Origin: Methanosarcinales archaeon
GTDB taxonomy: Archaea > Halobacteriota > Methanosarcinia > Methanosarcinales > Methanosarcinaceae
Direction of reading: 5' to 3'
Length of the DNA: 64,000 bases
NCBI GenBank assembly: GCA_031260345.1
Contig: JAIRKA010000071.1
Span: 781 to 64,780, forward strand
The position numbers and the translations under genes are program-made. Below, piece by piece: positions 43,131-53,666 of the stretch; the stretch's first letter is position 1; each line of letters begins with the position of its first letter. The notes under the pieces were generated by a model, which saw nothing but the letters and a program-made list of their open reading frames with translations, searched no databases and had not been told where the DNA came from.

Positions 43131-43329
43131 AACAGAAAAAACAGAAATAGATTTGAGCCGATGCGGCGGCAAAACCGTAAGTAATTATTTCAGCTTATGC
43201 AATCCGATTTTTCGGGCCTGATTTATCAGAACTGATTATCAGGTTCGACATCGGATTCATAATTTAAGCCGTTTGGCTTACGTACAGTAACCGGCCCGAG
43301 AATTCTTTTTCGGGAAGGGGGACCAAAAT

Positions 43330-44184
43330 ATGACGAATGAACTGCAAATCAGAAAAGCAGAATTGAAGGACACCTCTGAAGAGGCAAAGGAAAAAAGAAA
43401 TCAATTGAATGCTGAAGCAAGCAAATTTGCTGCTGAAAGAAATGAATTAAACAACAAGACAAAAGAATTAATCACAGTCGCCCAAGACTTAAAAGTAAAG
43501 CGTGACGAAGTGAATGTCAACGTCAGCAAATACAAGACACTGCGCGACGATACAAACGCGAAGGCCAATGACCTCTTCGCAAAAGCGGACGAACTCAGAA
43601 AAGAAGGCGGTCTTGCCGGCCCGTCCATTAAAGAAATCCGCAAACAGATTGACGATCTTGAATTCAAGCAGCAGACTTCCGTGATGAAGCCGACGAAGGA
43701 AAAGGAACTCGTTACCAAGATCAAAGAGCTTGAACTTGAATACACCGAAAAGAAAAAGCAATTGGAAGAAAACAGTGATTTGAAAGCTGTTTTGGACGAA
43801 GCGCAAGTCATCCGCGATGAAGCTTCCAAATACCACGAACAATTGGCTGTTTACGCTTCTCAGGCGCAGGAATTCCACGAGCAGATGATTGCAACATTTA
43901 AGGAAGCCGACAGAATTCGCGCAGAGTCCGATGCTGCTCACAAGAACTTCATCCGCGCGCAGGAAGCCGCTGACGATCAGCACAAAGTCTTCATTGAAGC
44001 CCAAAAAGAAATCCGCGACATCGACAAAGAAAGCGGAAAGGCGAAGAAGAAGGACAAAGACGCAAAGGTCAAAGTCGATAAAGACGAACAGGACAAGGAT
44101 GCGCAGGGCATCTTCGACAAGTTCAAAGACGGCGGTAAATTGACAATGGAAGACCTGATGGCTCTCCAGCGTTCCAAATACTAA
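43330..44184 (+). CDS. Archaeal long coiled-coil protein (COG1340-like)
   Basis: K/E-rich heptads; LEFKQQT and FKDGGKLTMEDLM motifs. Confidence 0.8.
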   Translation: MTNELQIRKAELKDTSEEAKEKRNQLNAEASKFAAERNELNNKTKELITVAQDLKVKRDEVNVNVSKYKTLRDDTNAKANDLFAKADELRKEGGLAGPSIKEIRKQIDDLEFKQQTSVMKPTKEKELVTKIKELELEYTEKKKQLEENSDLKAVLDEAQVIRDEASKYHEQLAVYASQAQEFHEQMIATFKEADRIRAESDAAHKNFIRAQEAADDQHKVFIEAQKEIRDIDKESGKAKKKDKDAKVKVDKDEQDKDAQGIFDKFKDGGKLTMEDLMALQRSKY

Positions 44185-44238
44185 CTTCGCGTCAACTAAA
44201 GATAACAAAATCAAAAACGAAATAAAATACAAAAATCC

Positions 44239-44282
44239 CTCAGAGCTGCGCTCTGAGTTGACCGCTCCTTCGGACCGGTCAA
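44239..44282 (-). repeat. Family A palindromic repeat, inverted orientation
   Basis: Reverse complement reads TTGACCGGTCCGAAGGAGCGGTCAA-CTCAGAGCGCAGCTCTGAG. Confidence 0.88.
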
Positions 44283-44570
44283 AAACGAAAAATATTGAAA
44301 GTTCAGCCGATGGGAGACTTAGATTTAAGTTTTCGGTTTTTCTCCCTCGGCTTTAAAAAATCGGTCCCCTGAAAAAGCAGAGGCGGCAAAGTTCCGTCTC
44401 TCTTTTTCAAAAATCCCTTTTTTTAAGATTTCAATCCTTGTTTTTTATTGCGAGCGAAAGCTTTTCAGCTTTAGATGTCTTTTTTTAAATTTGAAACGAT
44501 AAGCGCTTTTTTTGTTTTTCGTTTTATTTCGTTTTTAAACCTGTGGTTGCTTTTCCTTCTCTTTTTAAAA

Positions 44571-44725
44571 GCGGTGCGGCTCGCGCGTGCCTGCGGCTGC
44601 TCGGCAGAATCGACAAGAGCGGCGGCAACGCAAACGGCAAAGTAACAGCGCTCACGTTCGCGATAGCGAACGGATGTGATAAAAAAGAGCAGATACAAGC
44701 AGCAATGCAAACCTGATTGCAAGAA
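44571..44725 (+). repeat. Family B modular intergenic element
   Basis: GCGGCTCGCGCG end motif plus CACGTTCGCGATAGCGAACGGATGTGATAAAAAAGAGCAGATACAAGC module, shared with 62037-62084 (-) and 2702-2750 (+). Confidence 0.8.
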
Positions 44726-45060
44726 GCAAGCAAAAAAATCGGCAGAAGAAAAGAAGATACGAGGGCAGCAAGTTGCATTTATTTTATTTCATGGGTAAGA
44801 ATCCGCAAATTTCCGATTTTTCGCTTTGCTCAAAATCGTAAATTAGCGGTCGTATGTGAAGTTTCATACAATTTTTGGGTTTTACCGAAACATCTTTTTT
44901 TCATTTTATTTTATTGAAATGTTGGAACGCCTTCTTTTCATTTTAATCTAAAAAATTTTTAAGATTTGTGGTTTTATCGGGCGTTCGTTTTCCATTTTTT
45001 TGGACATTGGATGTTTTCGTTTACTTCAACTATTCAAAAAACTTTTTCGATTTCCCGATT

Positions 45061-45798
45061 TCAATCGGCACCCGCTTTCTTAAGCGCTTCAACCGTTTTC
45101 ATCGCTCCCTCAGCCGTTTTATTTTCGGCGATCAAAATCGCTTTTTCCCTTTTTGCTTTCTGAACAATCTGTTTCAGCGCCGGAAATCCGATGACACCGT
45201 CGCCGAAACCGAGATGAGAATCGAAATCGCCGCAATTGTCGTGGATATGGTAATGGGCAATTTCTTTTTGCAGGAATTCATTCAAATTGTTTGCCGTTTG
45301 CGCATGGCCGATGTCTAAAACAAATTCCAGATCTTTCAAATCAATATCTTCCGGACTTTTGAAAAGATAAATCTCGGCGTTCGGCATATTTTCAATACAA
45401 ATCCGAACGCCCGTTTCTTCTTTGATTCTTTGAAGGTCAGATATGGACTTCTCAAGCGATTTGTAGGCCGGCGGAAGCATTTCAATGCCTGCGGTATATC
45501 CGGGATGGACCACCAATATCTCAATATCACGATTCATACAAAACGCGGCGCTTTCTGAAATGACTTCAACGCCCGCTTTTCGAATCGTCTCCCGCACCGC
45601 AGCCAAATTGACATCCTGAGTCGGCGCATGAATCGAGTACGAAAGCGAAAAAGAAGACAGGATTCCATCTTTTCCGGAATGAATGACATCATGCGTTCCT
45701 TCCGAAAAAATCTCCGCGTGAGAGACACGTTTTTCAATTTCGGATAAAGCTTCCGTTAAATTTTTACCCGAATAAGCAAGCGTTGAAATTCCGATCAT
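45061..45798 (-). CDS. Sugar phosphate isomerase/epimerase (AP endonuclease 2 TIM barrel)
   Basis: SIHAP..DVNL, VVHPG, IENMP, LDIGHA and HIHDN...D.HL motifs. Confidence 0.88.
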   Translation of the reverse strand: MIGISTLAYSGKNLTEALSEIEKRVSHAEIFSEGTHDVIHSGKDGILSSFSLSYSIHAPTQDVNLAAVRETIRKAGVEVISESAAFCMNRDIEILVVHPGYTAGIEMLPPAYKSLEKSISDLQRIKEETGVRICIENMPNAEIYLFKSPEDIDLKDLEFVLDIGHAQTANNLNEFLQKEIAHYHIHDNCGDFDSHLGFGDGVIGFPALKQIVQKAKREKAILIAENKTAEGAMKTVEALKKAGAD

Positions 45799-46047
45799 AT
45801 TCAATTATCAGAGGCTGAAAATAAATAGGTAATCCTGATGACGGTTGATTTTGATTTCCTATTCTTTAAATCTTATGAATCGAATTTTAAATATTTTGGA
45901 GCAGGTCGAGTTTTAACTGTTTTTAACTTATTGTTAATCAATTATTTCTACTCTATTCGAAAACACCAATCATTTTATATAATTACGCCATTAATAAAAA
46001 CATAGACAGTATAATGAACACGGTATCCCGATAAAAATGGCTAAATT

Positions 46048-48225
46048 ATGAATCCCGATCCGCTTCTCTCATCCGAAAAAAAGGTAAACGCTTCCGACAT
46101 TCCTGACCCTGCTGACCTTATTAATTCGTCCGATCCCGATCTTTATATTGATCGGGATTTCAGCTGGCTTTATTTCAATAACCGCGTCATGGAAGAAGCG
46201 ATGGACGAAAGCAATCCGCTTCTTGAGCGTATTCGATTCTTATCGATTTTTGCGAGCAATTTAGACGAATACTTTATGGTGCGCATCCCCGCCGTCAACA
46301 GAAGCATTTTAGAAGACAGTATGAATCCGGGTCCCGAAAACCGCACTTATCTGGAGATGCAGAAAATTTATGCCGAACTCCCGATCATGCTTGAGCAGGC
46401 GGAAAACTGCTGGAGCCATATCCTGATGCCGGAGTTAAAGAAGCAGAACATTCACATCTTAGAGTATTCCGAATTGGAAGAGTTTCAAATTGAGTATCTC
46501 AACAAATATTTCAAGAAAAATATTTTTCCACAGTTAACGCCGCTGGCTTATGATTCCAGCCACCCTTTCCCGTACATTACAAATCAAAGCGTCAATTTGG
46601 CGGTCATCCTTTCCGATACCGCTTACGGCCGCATTTTTGTCCGCATCAAAATTCCTTCCGGCATCAAACGCTTGGTCCCGGTGCCGTCCAAAGAGGATTT
46701 AAAGTCCGGAAAAGTTGAAGAAAACATGGCGGCGGGCAAATCCGGAGAATTTAATTTCGTTTGGGTTGATGATGTTATCATTGCCAATTTGGATTTGGTT
46801 TTTCCGGGGCAGGTGATTCAGGAAGCGCACGCCTTTAGAATCACGCGCGACGGCGATCTGGGGCTTGACGATGACGGTGACTTCAATCTGATGAAATCCA
46901 TTGAAAAGAAATCGGGCGCCAAGTATTTCGGAAGCCCGCTCCGTTTGGAAATTAATGACGGCATGTCCGATTACGTTTTAAAAATCTTGATGGAGAATTT
47001 AAAGTTGCGTTCAACACAAGTCGAAGCGCTGGAATCTCCCGTCGGTTTGGTTTCGATCTCCGAGCTTTGCGATATTGATCGGGCGGATTTAAAATACGTG
47101 CCGTTTTCACCGAAGAAAAAGGAATATTTGGATTTGAAACCCGCCAAGAAGGGTAATATTTTTTCAAAAATCAAAAAGAAGGATGTTTTGATTTACCGTC
47201 CCTATGACAGTTTTGAAAGCCTTATTGATTTTGTTCAAGCAGCTTCGATTGATCCCGATGTCATCGCCATCAAAATGACGCTTTACCGCGTTGACAAAAA
47301 ATCCAAACTCATTCAATATTTAAAAGAAGCGGCCGACAATGGAAAACAAGTTGTCGTTCTGATTGAACTCAAGGCGCGCTTTGATGAAGAAAATAATGTC
47401 GCCAAAGCAAAAGAGCTGGAGCATTCAAACATTCATGTCGTTTACGGCGTTCCGAATCTGAAGACGCATGCCAAAATCTGCATGGTTCTGCGCAGAGAGG
47501 ACGAGGAGCTTATTCCGTACGTTCATATGAGCACCGGCAATTACAATGCGGCGACAGCCAGAGTTTACACCGATTTTGAATATTTTACTGCCGATCCCGA
47601 AATCGGTCAGGATGTTGTTGATCTCTTTAATGCGCTGACAGGATATTCGCGCAAATTAAATTACGGCAAGCTTCTCGTTGCACCGAGAACGATGAGAAAT
47701 GAATTGATTTCCAAAATCCGCCGCGAAGTGGAAAGCCATAAATTAAACGGCAACGGTTACATGCTGTTTAAATTGAATTCGCTCGTTGATCCGGAATGCA
47801 TTGCGGAATTATACAAAGCGTCCGTTGAAGGCGTTAAAATTGATCTTCAAATCCGCGGCATCAGCTGCATCCGTCCGCAGATTCCGGGTTACAGTGACAA
47901 CATTCATGTGACTTCAATCGTCGGCCGTTTTTTGGAACATACGCGTGCTTATTACTTCTACAACAACGGCAATGAAGAGCTCTATCTCGGAAGCGCTGAC
48001 TTAATGCAGCGCAATTTGGACCGGCGCGTTGAGATTTTGTTCCCCGTCAATGCCGATTATTTAAGAAAAATCAAAGATATTATTTTGGATACGCATCTCC
48101 GTGATAATGTCAAGCTCAGGATCGGCCTTCCTGACGGCTCATTTAAGAAAGCCGTTCGTCCGGAACAGGAGGAACCGCTGGATTCTCAAATTTGGATGAC
48201 GGAAAATCAAGATAAATGGGATTAA
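46048..48225 (+). CDS. ppk1: Polyphosphate kinase 1
   Basis: RDFSWL.FN.RV, NLDEYFMVR, ELKARFDEENN, KTHAK, TGNYN and GSADLM.RNL.RRVE motifs. Confidence 0.97.
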   Translation: MNPDPLLSSEKKVNASDIPDPADLINSSDPDLYIDRDFSWLYFNNRVMEEAMDESNPLLERIRFLSIFASNLDEYFMVRIPAVNRSILEDSMNPGPENRTYLEMQKIYAELPIMLEQAENCWSHILMPELKKQNIHILEYSELEEFQIEYLNKYFKKNIFPQLTPLAYDSSHPFPYITNQSVNLAVILSDTAYGRIFVRIKIPSGIKRLVPVPSKEDLKSGKVEENMAAGKSGEFNFVWVDDVIIANLDLVFPGQVIQEAHAFRITRDGDLGLDDDGDFNLMKSIEKKSGAKYFGSPLRLEINDGMSDYVLKILMENLKLRSTQVEALESPVGLVSISELCDIDRADLKYVPFSPKKKEYLDLKPAKKGNIFSKIKKKDVLIYRPYDSFESLIDFVQAASIDPDVIAIKMTLYRVDKKSKLIQYLKEAADNGKQVVVLIELKARFDEENNVAKAKELEHSNIHVVYGVPNLKTHAKICMVLRREDEELIPYVHMSTGNYNAATARVYTDFEYFTADPEIGQDVVDLFNALTGYSRKLNYGKLLVAPRTMRNELISKIRREVESHKLNGNGYMLFKLNSLVDPECIAELYKASVEGVKIDLQIRGISCIRPQIPGYSDNIHVTSIVGRFLEHTRAYYFYNNGNEELYLGSADLMQRNLDRRVEILFPVNADYLRKIKDIILDTHLRDNVKLRIGLPDGSFKKAVRPEQEEPLDSQIWMTENQDKWD

Positions 48226-48241
48226 ATGTTGTTTTTTATTT

Positions 48242-48285
48242 TTGACCGGTCCGCAGGAACGGTCAACTCGGAGCGCAGCTCCGAG
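48242..48285 (+). repeat. Family A palindromic repeat
   Basis: TTGACCGGTCC-GCA-GGAACGGTCAA-CTCGGAGC-GCA-GCTCCGAG. Confidence 0.88.
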
Positions 48286-48827
48286 GGGCTCCCCTTTTCA
48301 TTTTCCCATTTTTTTCATTTCTCGTGTTATGCCATTTCTCATGTCATTTCCCATGTTCAATTTTCGATTCATCACGATTTTCATATTGTTCAAATACTTT
48401 ATCCGGCCCTTTAAACCCATTTTCGAATCTATATATTTTCTGTCGAAAAATATGATAAATATTTAATATATAGACAATTATAAATATCTTAAAACCAGTT
48501 TTTAATACTGAGGAAGCTGAATTAATTGAGTCTTCTCAGTTAAAAAACGGTCAACCGTTTTCTCATCTCTGCAATCATAGCCGATTTTCCAACTCCGGTT
48601 TTGAAAGCGAAAAAACTGTAAAAACTAAAGCCCAATAAACCAAAAAATAAGTCTCTTAAACACTCAGAAAGCATACCCTAAAACACAAAAACGAACTCCA
48701 CAAGCTCAGAAAATACGGATGCTCAACCCAAACCCCTCATCCGTATCTTTCTAATTTTTACTTTTTTAACGGCTTCATCTCGAAAAGAAGATTTAGTTTT
48801 ATCTAAAAATAATTGAAAAAAGAGCGC

Positions 48828-49361
48828 TTACTTCCAAAACGCATACCATTTTTTCTTTTTCTTTTCGTTTTTTGTTTCGTCTCGACAGTGTTTGATTTCC
48901 TCTGATTTCGGCTTTACTTCTTCTTCCGATTCCATTTCTCCTTCCCGCCTCGCTTCTTCTTTCGACTCGGTTTTATTTTCCGGCGGTTTCAGTTCTGCCG
49001 CTTTCTGAAGCCGTGCCGTTTCAATCAGAGGCTGCACTTGAAACATATACGCTTGATACGTTTTCATTAATTCTTCGTAATTCTTATTGGAGACTTCCAG
49101 CTGATTCTTCAAATCCGATATGTGTCGGCGCTGGATTTCAATAATGTTATTGTCAATTTCTTTTTGAAGCGCATTTTCGTAACGGTGCTTCTGTTCGCCG
49201 TAGTAATTTTCCAAGGCTTCCGCCATCACAGCATCCGGATTTTTTTCCGAGCTTATTCTTTTTTTCAGGTCTTTTGGAAGGTTGATTTTTCCGAATGCGT
49301 TTTTATCTGTTTTGATTTTCTTCTCAGATAACTTCTTTTCCGATTTCTTTGTTTTGGACAT
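48828..49361 (-). CDS. Hypothetical coiled-coil protein with basic/aromatic C-terminus
   Basis: GGTGA ribosome-binding site before MSKTKK; central coiled coil; ends KKKKKWYAFWK. Confidence 0.7.
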   Translation of the reverse strand: MSKTKKSEKKLSEKKIKTDKNAFGKINLPKDLKKRISSEKNPDAVMAEALENYYGEQKHRYENALQKEIDNNIIEIQRRHISDLKNQLEVSNKNYEELMKTYQAYMFQVQPLIETARLQKAAELKPPENKTESKEEARREGEMESEEEVKPKSEEIKHCRDETKNEKKKKKWYAFWK

Positions 49362-49449
49362 TTTTTCACCGTATTTATTCATCAGCAGCAATCATTGGTC
49401 AGTCGCTTAATCCGTCTTTTTACGAATCGTTTCATCAATCCTTTTTATT

Positions 49450-52107
49450 TTAAAAATCCGCTTCCGCAATTATTTTCGCGATTCTTTCATTAAAGAAACG
49501 GCGATCCATTTTTTCCCATTTTGTGTGGAAGGCCGCAAGCAGTTTTTCCATTTCTTCTTCACGGTCATTTTTATACAGGTCAAGTGTTTCAAGCGTGTTT
49601 TCAATTTCATCCGCTCTTGCTTTTCCGTTTGATTTTCTGCTTTCTTCTTTTTCGTTTTCTTCCTTTTCGCTTTCTTCTTTGATTCTTTCAATATAATCGC
49701 CGATGACTTCAATCGCAACCACCGCATCATGGAAGTCACCGAGAATTTCCTGCAATTCTTTGAATTCTTTAATTAATTGTCCTGCAGCTTCTCCCAGACA
49801 ATCCTTAAAGAAGTCCAGCGTGTAACGGAAGTTTTTGGCGGCGATGCGCAGTCTGTGAAGCTTGTCAACGTAAATATACGGTCCGTCCATCCACTCATGA
49901 TAAGCTGTAATGTCCGCTGCTTTTTCGTACAGAATCGCGGGAAGCACATCGTTGATGCGGACCGGTGCCACATCTCCTTTTCTATTGATATTGGGAATGC
50001 CGAGATAGGTCTTGTCCCCAAAAGTCTTTTTCAAATCCGCGATGAAATCCGTATATTCCTTGGATGTCAAATAATCGGCAACTTCAGCATGCGCTTTTTT
50101 TCTGTCGCTTGAAACAAAATCATAAAAGACGGTCATCTTCTCCTGATTGACCTTTTCTTTTTTCAGCCATCCGTCCGTCTTTTCCAAAATAACATCCAAA
50201 TCTCTCAGTTCGCCGAGCCCGGAAAGCGTTTTCCTGATTCCGGCCTCCATTTCCGCCAGCCTGTCATGGTCTAAAAAGTCCTTGAAAATCAGATTTGCCG
50301 AACGCATTTTTCTGAGCGCGACGCGCATGTCGTGAACATCTTTAATATCCCTCTCCGCCAGGACGCCCGGCTCGGCTTCTTCAACCTCATAGAGCCTGCC
50401 GAGGAGTATTTTTTCGGCGGCGACAGCCATCATATCCGTTGACTCGATTCTCAAATCCGGTTTTGAAACATTTTCAAAATCAATTTTGATACCGCCCTTG
50501 GAATCAATTGCGGAATCGCTGTTTTCATGTTCAGTTTCAATGTCAAAACCGAATGTCATTTCTGAAAATACTTCCTTTTCCAAAAGCGCGGCTGCAACCA
50601 ATGCTTTTCTTTGGTATGAAAGCGGCACATAAAAGCCGGCTTTAAGAATCGCTTTTCTGATTCTGTCCGGAGACGGGTTTTTGATTTTTCTTAAAATAAA
50701 TATCAATGCCAGTGTTTTGATTTCATTCAGCGTTAAGTTTTCAATCGGGTGCGTTAAAATGATGTCGGCGCCGATGTTTACGTTCCTTTCCAATGAGGTG
50801 CCTTTTCCGATTCCCGAAAAGCGCGCCGCCGCTTTCAATATCATTCTGTCCTTTTCAGAAAGGTTGTTTGCAGCCTGTACGCTGTCAAACAATTCGCTCG
50901 CGATTTCGGCTTTCAATTCCGATTGCGCCGCATCAAGCCCGTAATATTTTACCAGCTCTTCAGCCGTCCAAGTTTTTCCGTCGTCAATCGGCTTTTGATA
51001 ATAGTAACGTTCGTTTTCACCGATTTCAAAAGCGAACGGAAACATATCCGTACGACTTTGTTTGAATTTTTCCAAAATTTCATTTATTTCATATTCCGGC
51101 AAATCAAATGCTTGCGCCGCAAAATTTGAAGACATGCCGCTGTCAAGGGAAAGCAGGATCGAAGCGTTTTTGGAAAACAAATCACCGTTTTTTTCATTTT
51201 TCTTTAAAAATCCGGTGTCTCCAAAGTAATCCGTCGGGTCGGCAGTGTAAATTTTACCGCAAAGCTGCATCAGCGCCGCCTTTTCCTGCGGGAGCAAAAA
51301 TCCGAAATCGGTTGAATCATATTCAAAAGTTCTTTTTTCTTCGCCGTTTTCGGAAATCTCATTTCCGTCCAAATCTGTAAAATAAGATTTCTTTTCAAAA
51401 TCAGGAATTACGTTTCCTTCAATTTTGTCGCGGCTGAAATACAAAATCAAACCGCGCTCAAGTTTTGAAAGGCGGCTGCTTTCAATTTTATTTTGAAGTT
51501 CAGGCATGTCTTTGAGCGTGTCAATGAATTCCTGAAGTTCGTTTTCAGTTCCTTTCGCGAGTTCAATTTCAAGTTCGGTAAACGTGTGTTTTTGTTCGGA
51601 AAATTTCAGGCTGACAGAATCGACCGATAAATCCGCCAAACGGTTTTCGGATGTGTTATCAGTGTCTTCAGAGGTTCCTTTTTTGTAAACGGTTTTAAAA
51701 ATTCGGTCCTGTTCAAGCGTTAGAATAGGAACAAGTTCCAAATCCCCGAGAATACCCGTCAACATCTTTTCAAATGCGGGATTTGAAATGTCTTTGACGG
51801 CTGAAGCCTGCGGCAATACTTGAATAATTTCCCGACGCCTGCAGACTTCTTCATCAAAGCCGCCGCCTGCCTGCTTCAATGTCCAAACCGCATCAGATCT
51901 CCCTTCTTCAAGCCTTTTTCTCAAATAAATGCCGAGTGAGAAAAGCAGCAAATCAGGAGTGTCATAAAAAATATCCGTAAAGAGCGGGTGAGATTTATCT
52001 TTGATCGGGTAATCTTTCACGCGGAAAAGAGCTGTTAAGAAGTCGAACGTTTCAGCGCATCTGATGCTGAATTTATATTCGATCTCCGTTTTATTGCTGC
52101 CTGACAT
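49450..52107 (-). CDS. CYTH / Ppx-C-like / CHAD multidomain protein
   Basis: N-terminal EIEYKF...YDTPD..L..LR.R...ELEIEL (CYTH); C-terminal VHDMRVALRKMRS, LGELRDLDV, LHRLRIAAK..RY, LQEILGDFHD (CHAD). Confidence 0.85.
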   Translation of the reverse strand: MSGSNKTEIEYKFSIRCAETFDFLTALFRVKDYPIKDKSHPLFTDIFYDTPDLLLFSLGIYLRKRLEEGRSDAVWTLKQAGGGFDEEVCRRREIIQVLPQASAVKDISNPAFEKMLTGILGDLELVPILTLEQDRIFKTVYKKGTSEDTDNTSENRLADLSVDSVSLKFSEQKHTFTELEIELAKGTENELQEFIDTLKDMPELQNKIESSRLSKLERGLILYFSRDKIEGNVIPDFEKKSYFTDLDGNEISENGEEKRTFEYDSTDFGFLLPQEKAALMQLCGKIYTADPTDYFGDTGFLKKNEKNGDLFSKNASILLSLDSGMSSNFAAQAFDLPEYEINEILEKFKQSRTDMFPFAFEIGENERYYYQKPIDDGKTWTAEELVKYYGLDAAQSELKAEIASELFDSVQAANNLSEKDRMILKAAARFSGIGKGTSLERNVNIGADIILTHPIENLTLNEIKTLALIFILRKIKNPSPDRIRKAILKAGFYVPLSYQRKALVAAALLEKEVFSEMTFGFDIETEHENSDSAIDSKGGIKIDFENVSKPDLRIESTDMMAVAAEKILLGRLYEVEEAEPGVLAERDIKDVHDMRVALRKMRSANLIFKDFLDHDRLAEMEAGIRKTLSGLGELRDLDVILEKTDGWLKKEKVNQEKMTVFYDFVSSDRKKAHAEVADYLTSKEYTDFIADLKKTFGDKTYLGIPNINRKGDVAPVRINDVLPAILYEKAADITAYHEWMDGPYIYVDKLHRLRIAAKNFRYTLDFFKDCLGEAAGQLIKEFKELQEILGDFHDAVVAIEVIGDYIERIKEESEKEENEKEESRKSNGKARADEIENTLETLDLYKNDREEEMEKLLAAFHTKWEKMDRRFFNERIAKIIAEADF

Positions 52108-52310
52108 TTTTGAATCAACCGTCTTCGTTTTAAATTTTTGAGTTTGCTTTTTGATTTGAATTTATTGTATGAATTGCTCTGTCAATCAAATTATATTCGA
52201 TGTTATATAATACGGTGGTTTGGCGATCGGAATATTTTGAAGTTTACATCAAATTTCATTTTTCAAAAATAAAATTGTGGTGCGATTTCAAAGAACCAAA
52301 AATAAAAAAT

Positions 52311-52460
52311 GAAGCGGCTCACGCGAACGGCGGAAACCGGTTCGCCGCTTCGCGCCGCCCGGAAGCCAAAATTGTGAGGCGGAGCCGAACAATTTTTTAA
52401 CGCAGACCGCATTCCCCCTGCCTATGAAATTTTGTGAGCGAAGCGAGCAAAATTTGTGAA
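52311..52460 (+). repeat. Family B modular intergenic element
   Basis: GCGGCTCACGCG end motif; GTTCGCCGCTTCGCGCCG module also found inverted near 27150-27175; CGCAGACCGC..CCCTGCC module also at about 57400; GAGCGAAGCGAG module also at about 32625 (-). Confidence 0.75.
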
Positions 52461-53010
52461 CACAATTTGCGGCGACAGACGGCTATATAAATTTTATGCC
52501 TTAACAGCCGCCTTAAAAATTTCAAACTTCAGATAAAAATATTAATTTTTCAGAAAAAATCGAATTATTTCGTTTTCAAAAAATTGATTTTTTTCAAAGT
52601 TCAGGCATATTTTGAGCATTTTTCTTTTTCAAATTCACTTTATTTTTTTGCCGATTGCGTTTTTTAATTTATTTTCTTTGTTTTTTTACCGCCCCTAATC
52701 TATTTTTCATCGGATTGTAAATTTACTAATATTTTATTATTTTATAAACATCTTGTTAATTTCATAACTCTATTGATAATTTGTTCAGGATTTAAGTTAT
52801 ATAGGTTTTTTACCCATAAGAGAAAGTGGATTACTCTCGTAATTCATTCAAAAGCAGATTGAAATGGGGATTTTAGTCTGTCAAAGTTTTGTGTGTTTCG
52901 CGTAACAACGATGTAACCGGATAACTTAGCAGTGTATTTTGTTATACAATGATTATGCGGAACCCGTGTAATGACTTAGAACGTATATGTTTTGTACGGA
53001 GGTAAAATAT

Positions 53011-53655
53011 ATGTCAGATATTTTTAAAGATTTAGCAAACGCCGTTATGACCCAGAATGTCAACGGCACCATTGAGAAAACCAAAGAAGCACTCGCAAAA
53101 GGAACAGCTCCTCTTGACATCGTTCAGAAGGGTCTTGCCGAAGGTATGAAAGTCGTCGGTGACAAATTCGAAGCCGGAGAACTCTTCTTGCCCCAGATTA
53201 TGATGTCTGCAAAAGCAATGAACAGCGCAATGGAAATCCTCGGTCCCGAACTCGCAAAAAGCGGCGGCGGCGTAAACGCAGGCTTTGCGCTCTCTTTCGT
53301 TCAGGAAGGCGACATCCACGACATCGGCAACAGACTTGTTTCTACGATGCTCGGCGCAAACGGTTTCACAGTGAAAGTTCTCGGTGTTGACGTTGCAAAC
53401 ACGCTCATCATCGAAGAAGTCAAGAAATCCGGCGCAGACAAAGTTCTCCTTGTCGGTTCCGCATTGATGACCACATCCATGCTCGGTCAGAAAGACTTGA
53501 TGGCTTTGATCGAAGAAGAAGGCATCCGCTCAAAAGTTAAATGTATGTTCGGCGGCGCACCCGTTTCTCAGGCATGGATTAAAGAAATCGGCGCTGACGG
53601 AACAGCTGAAAACGCAGCGGCCGCAGTTCTTGTTGCAAAGAAAATTATGTCCTAA
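53011..53655 (+). CDS. mtmC: Monomethylamine corrinoid protein
   Basis: B12-binding cap (GMKVVGDKFEAGELFLPQIMM) and EGDIHDIG, GSALMTT, FGGAP motifs; directly upstream of mtmB. Confidence 0.93.
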   Translation: MSDIFKDLANAVMTQNVNGTIEKTKEALAKGTAPLDIVQKGLAEGMKVVGDKFEAGELFLPQIMMSAKAMNSAMEILGPELAKSGGGVNAGFALSFVQEGDIHDIGNRLVSTMLGANGFTVKVLGVDVANTLIIEEVKKSGADKVLLVGSALMTTSMLGQKDLMALIEEEGIRSKVKCMFGGAPVSQAWIKEIGADGTAENAAAAVLVAKKIMS

Positions 53656-53666
53656 GGTGATTATAA

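Noticed and set aside
44471-44917. Short ORFs in intergenic regions (also 2637-2924, 26939-27259, 52200-52400, 61940-62226)
   Set aside because: They are translations of family B repeats with low-complexity composition and no ribosome-binding site.
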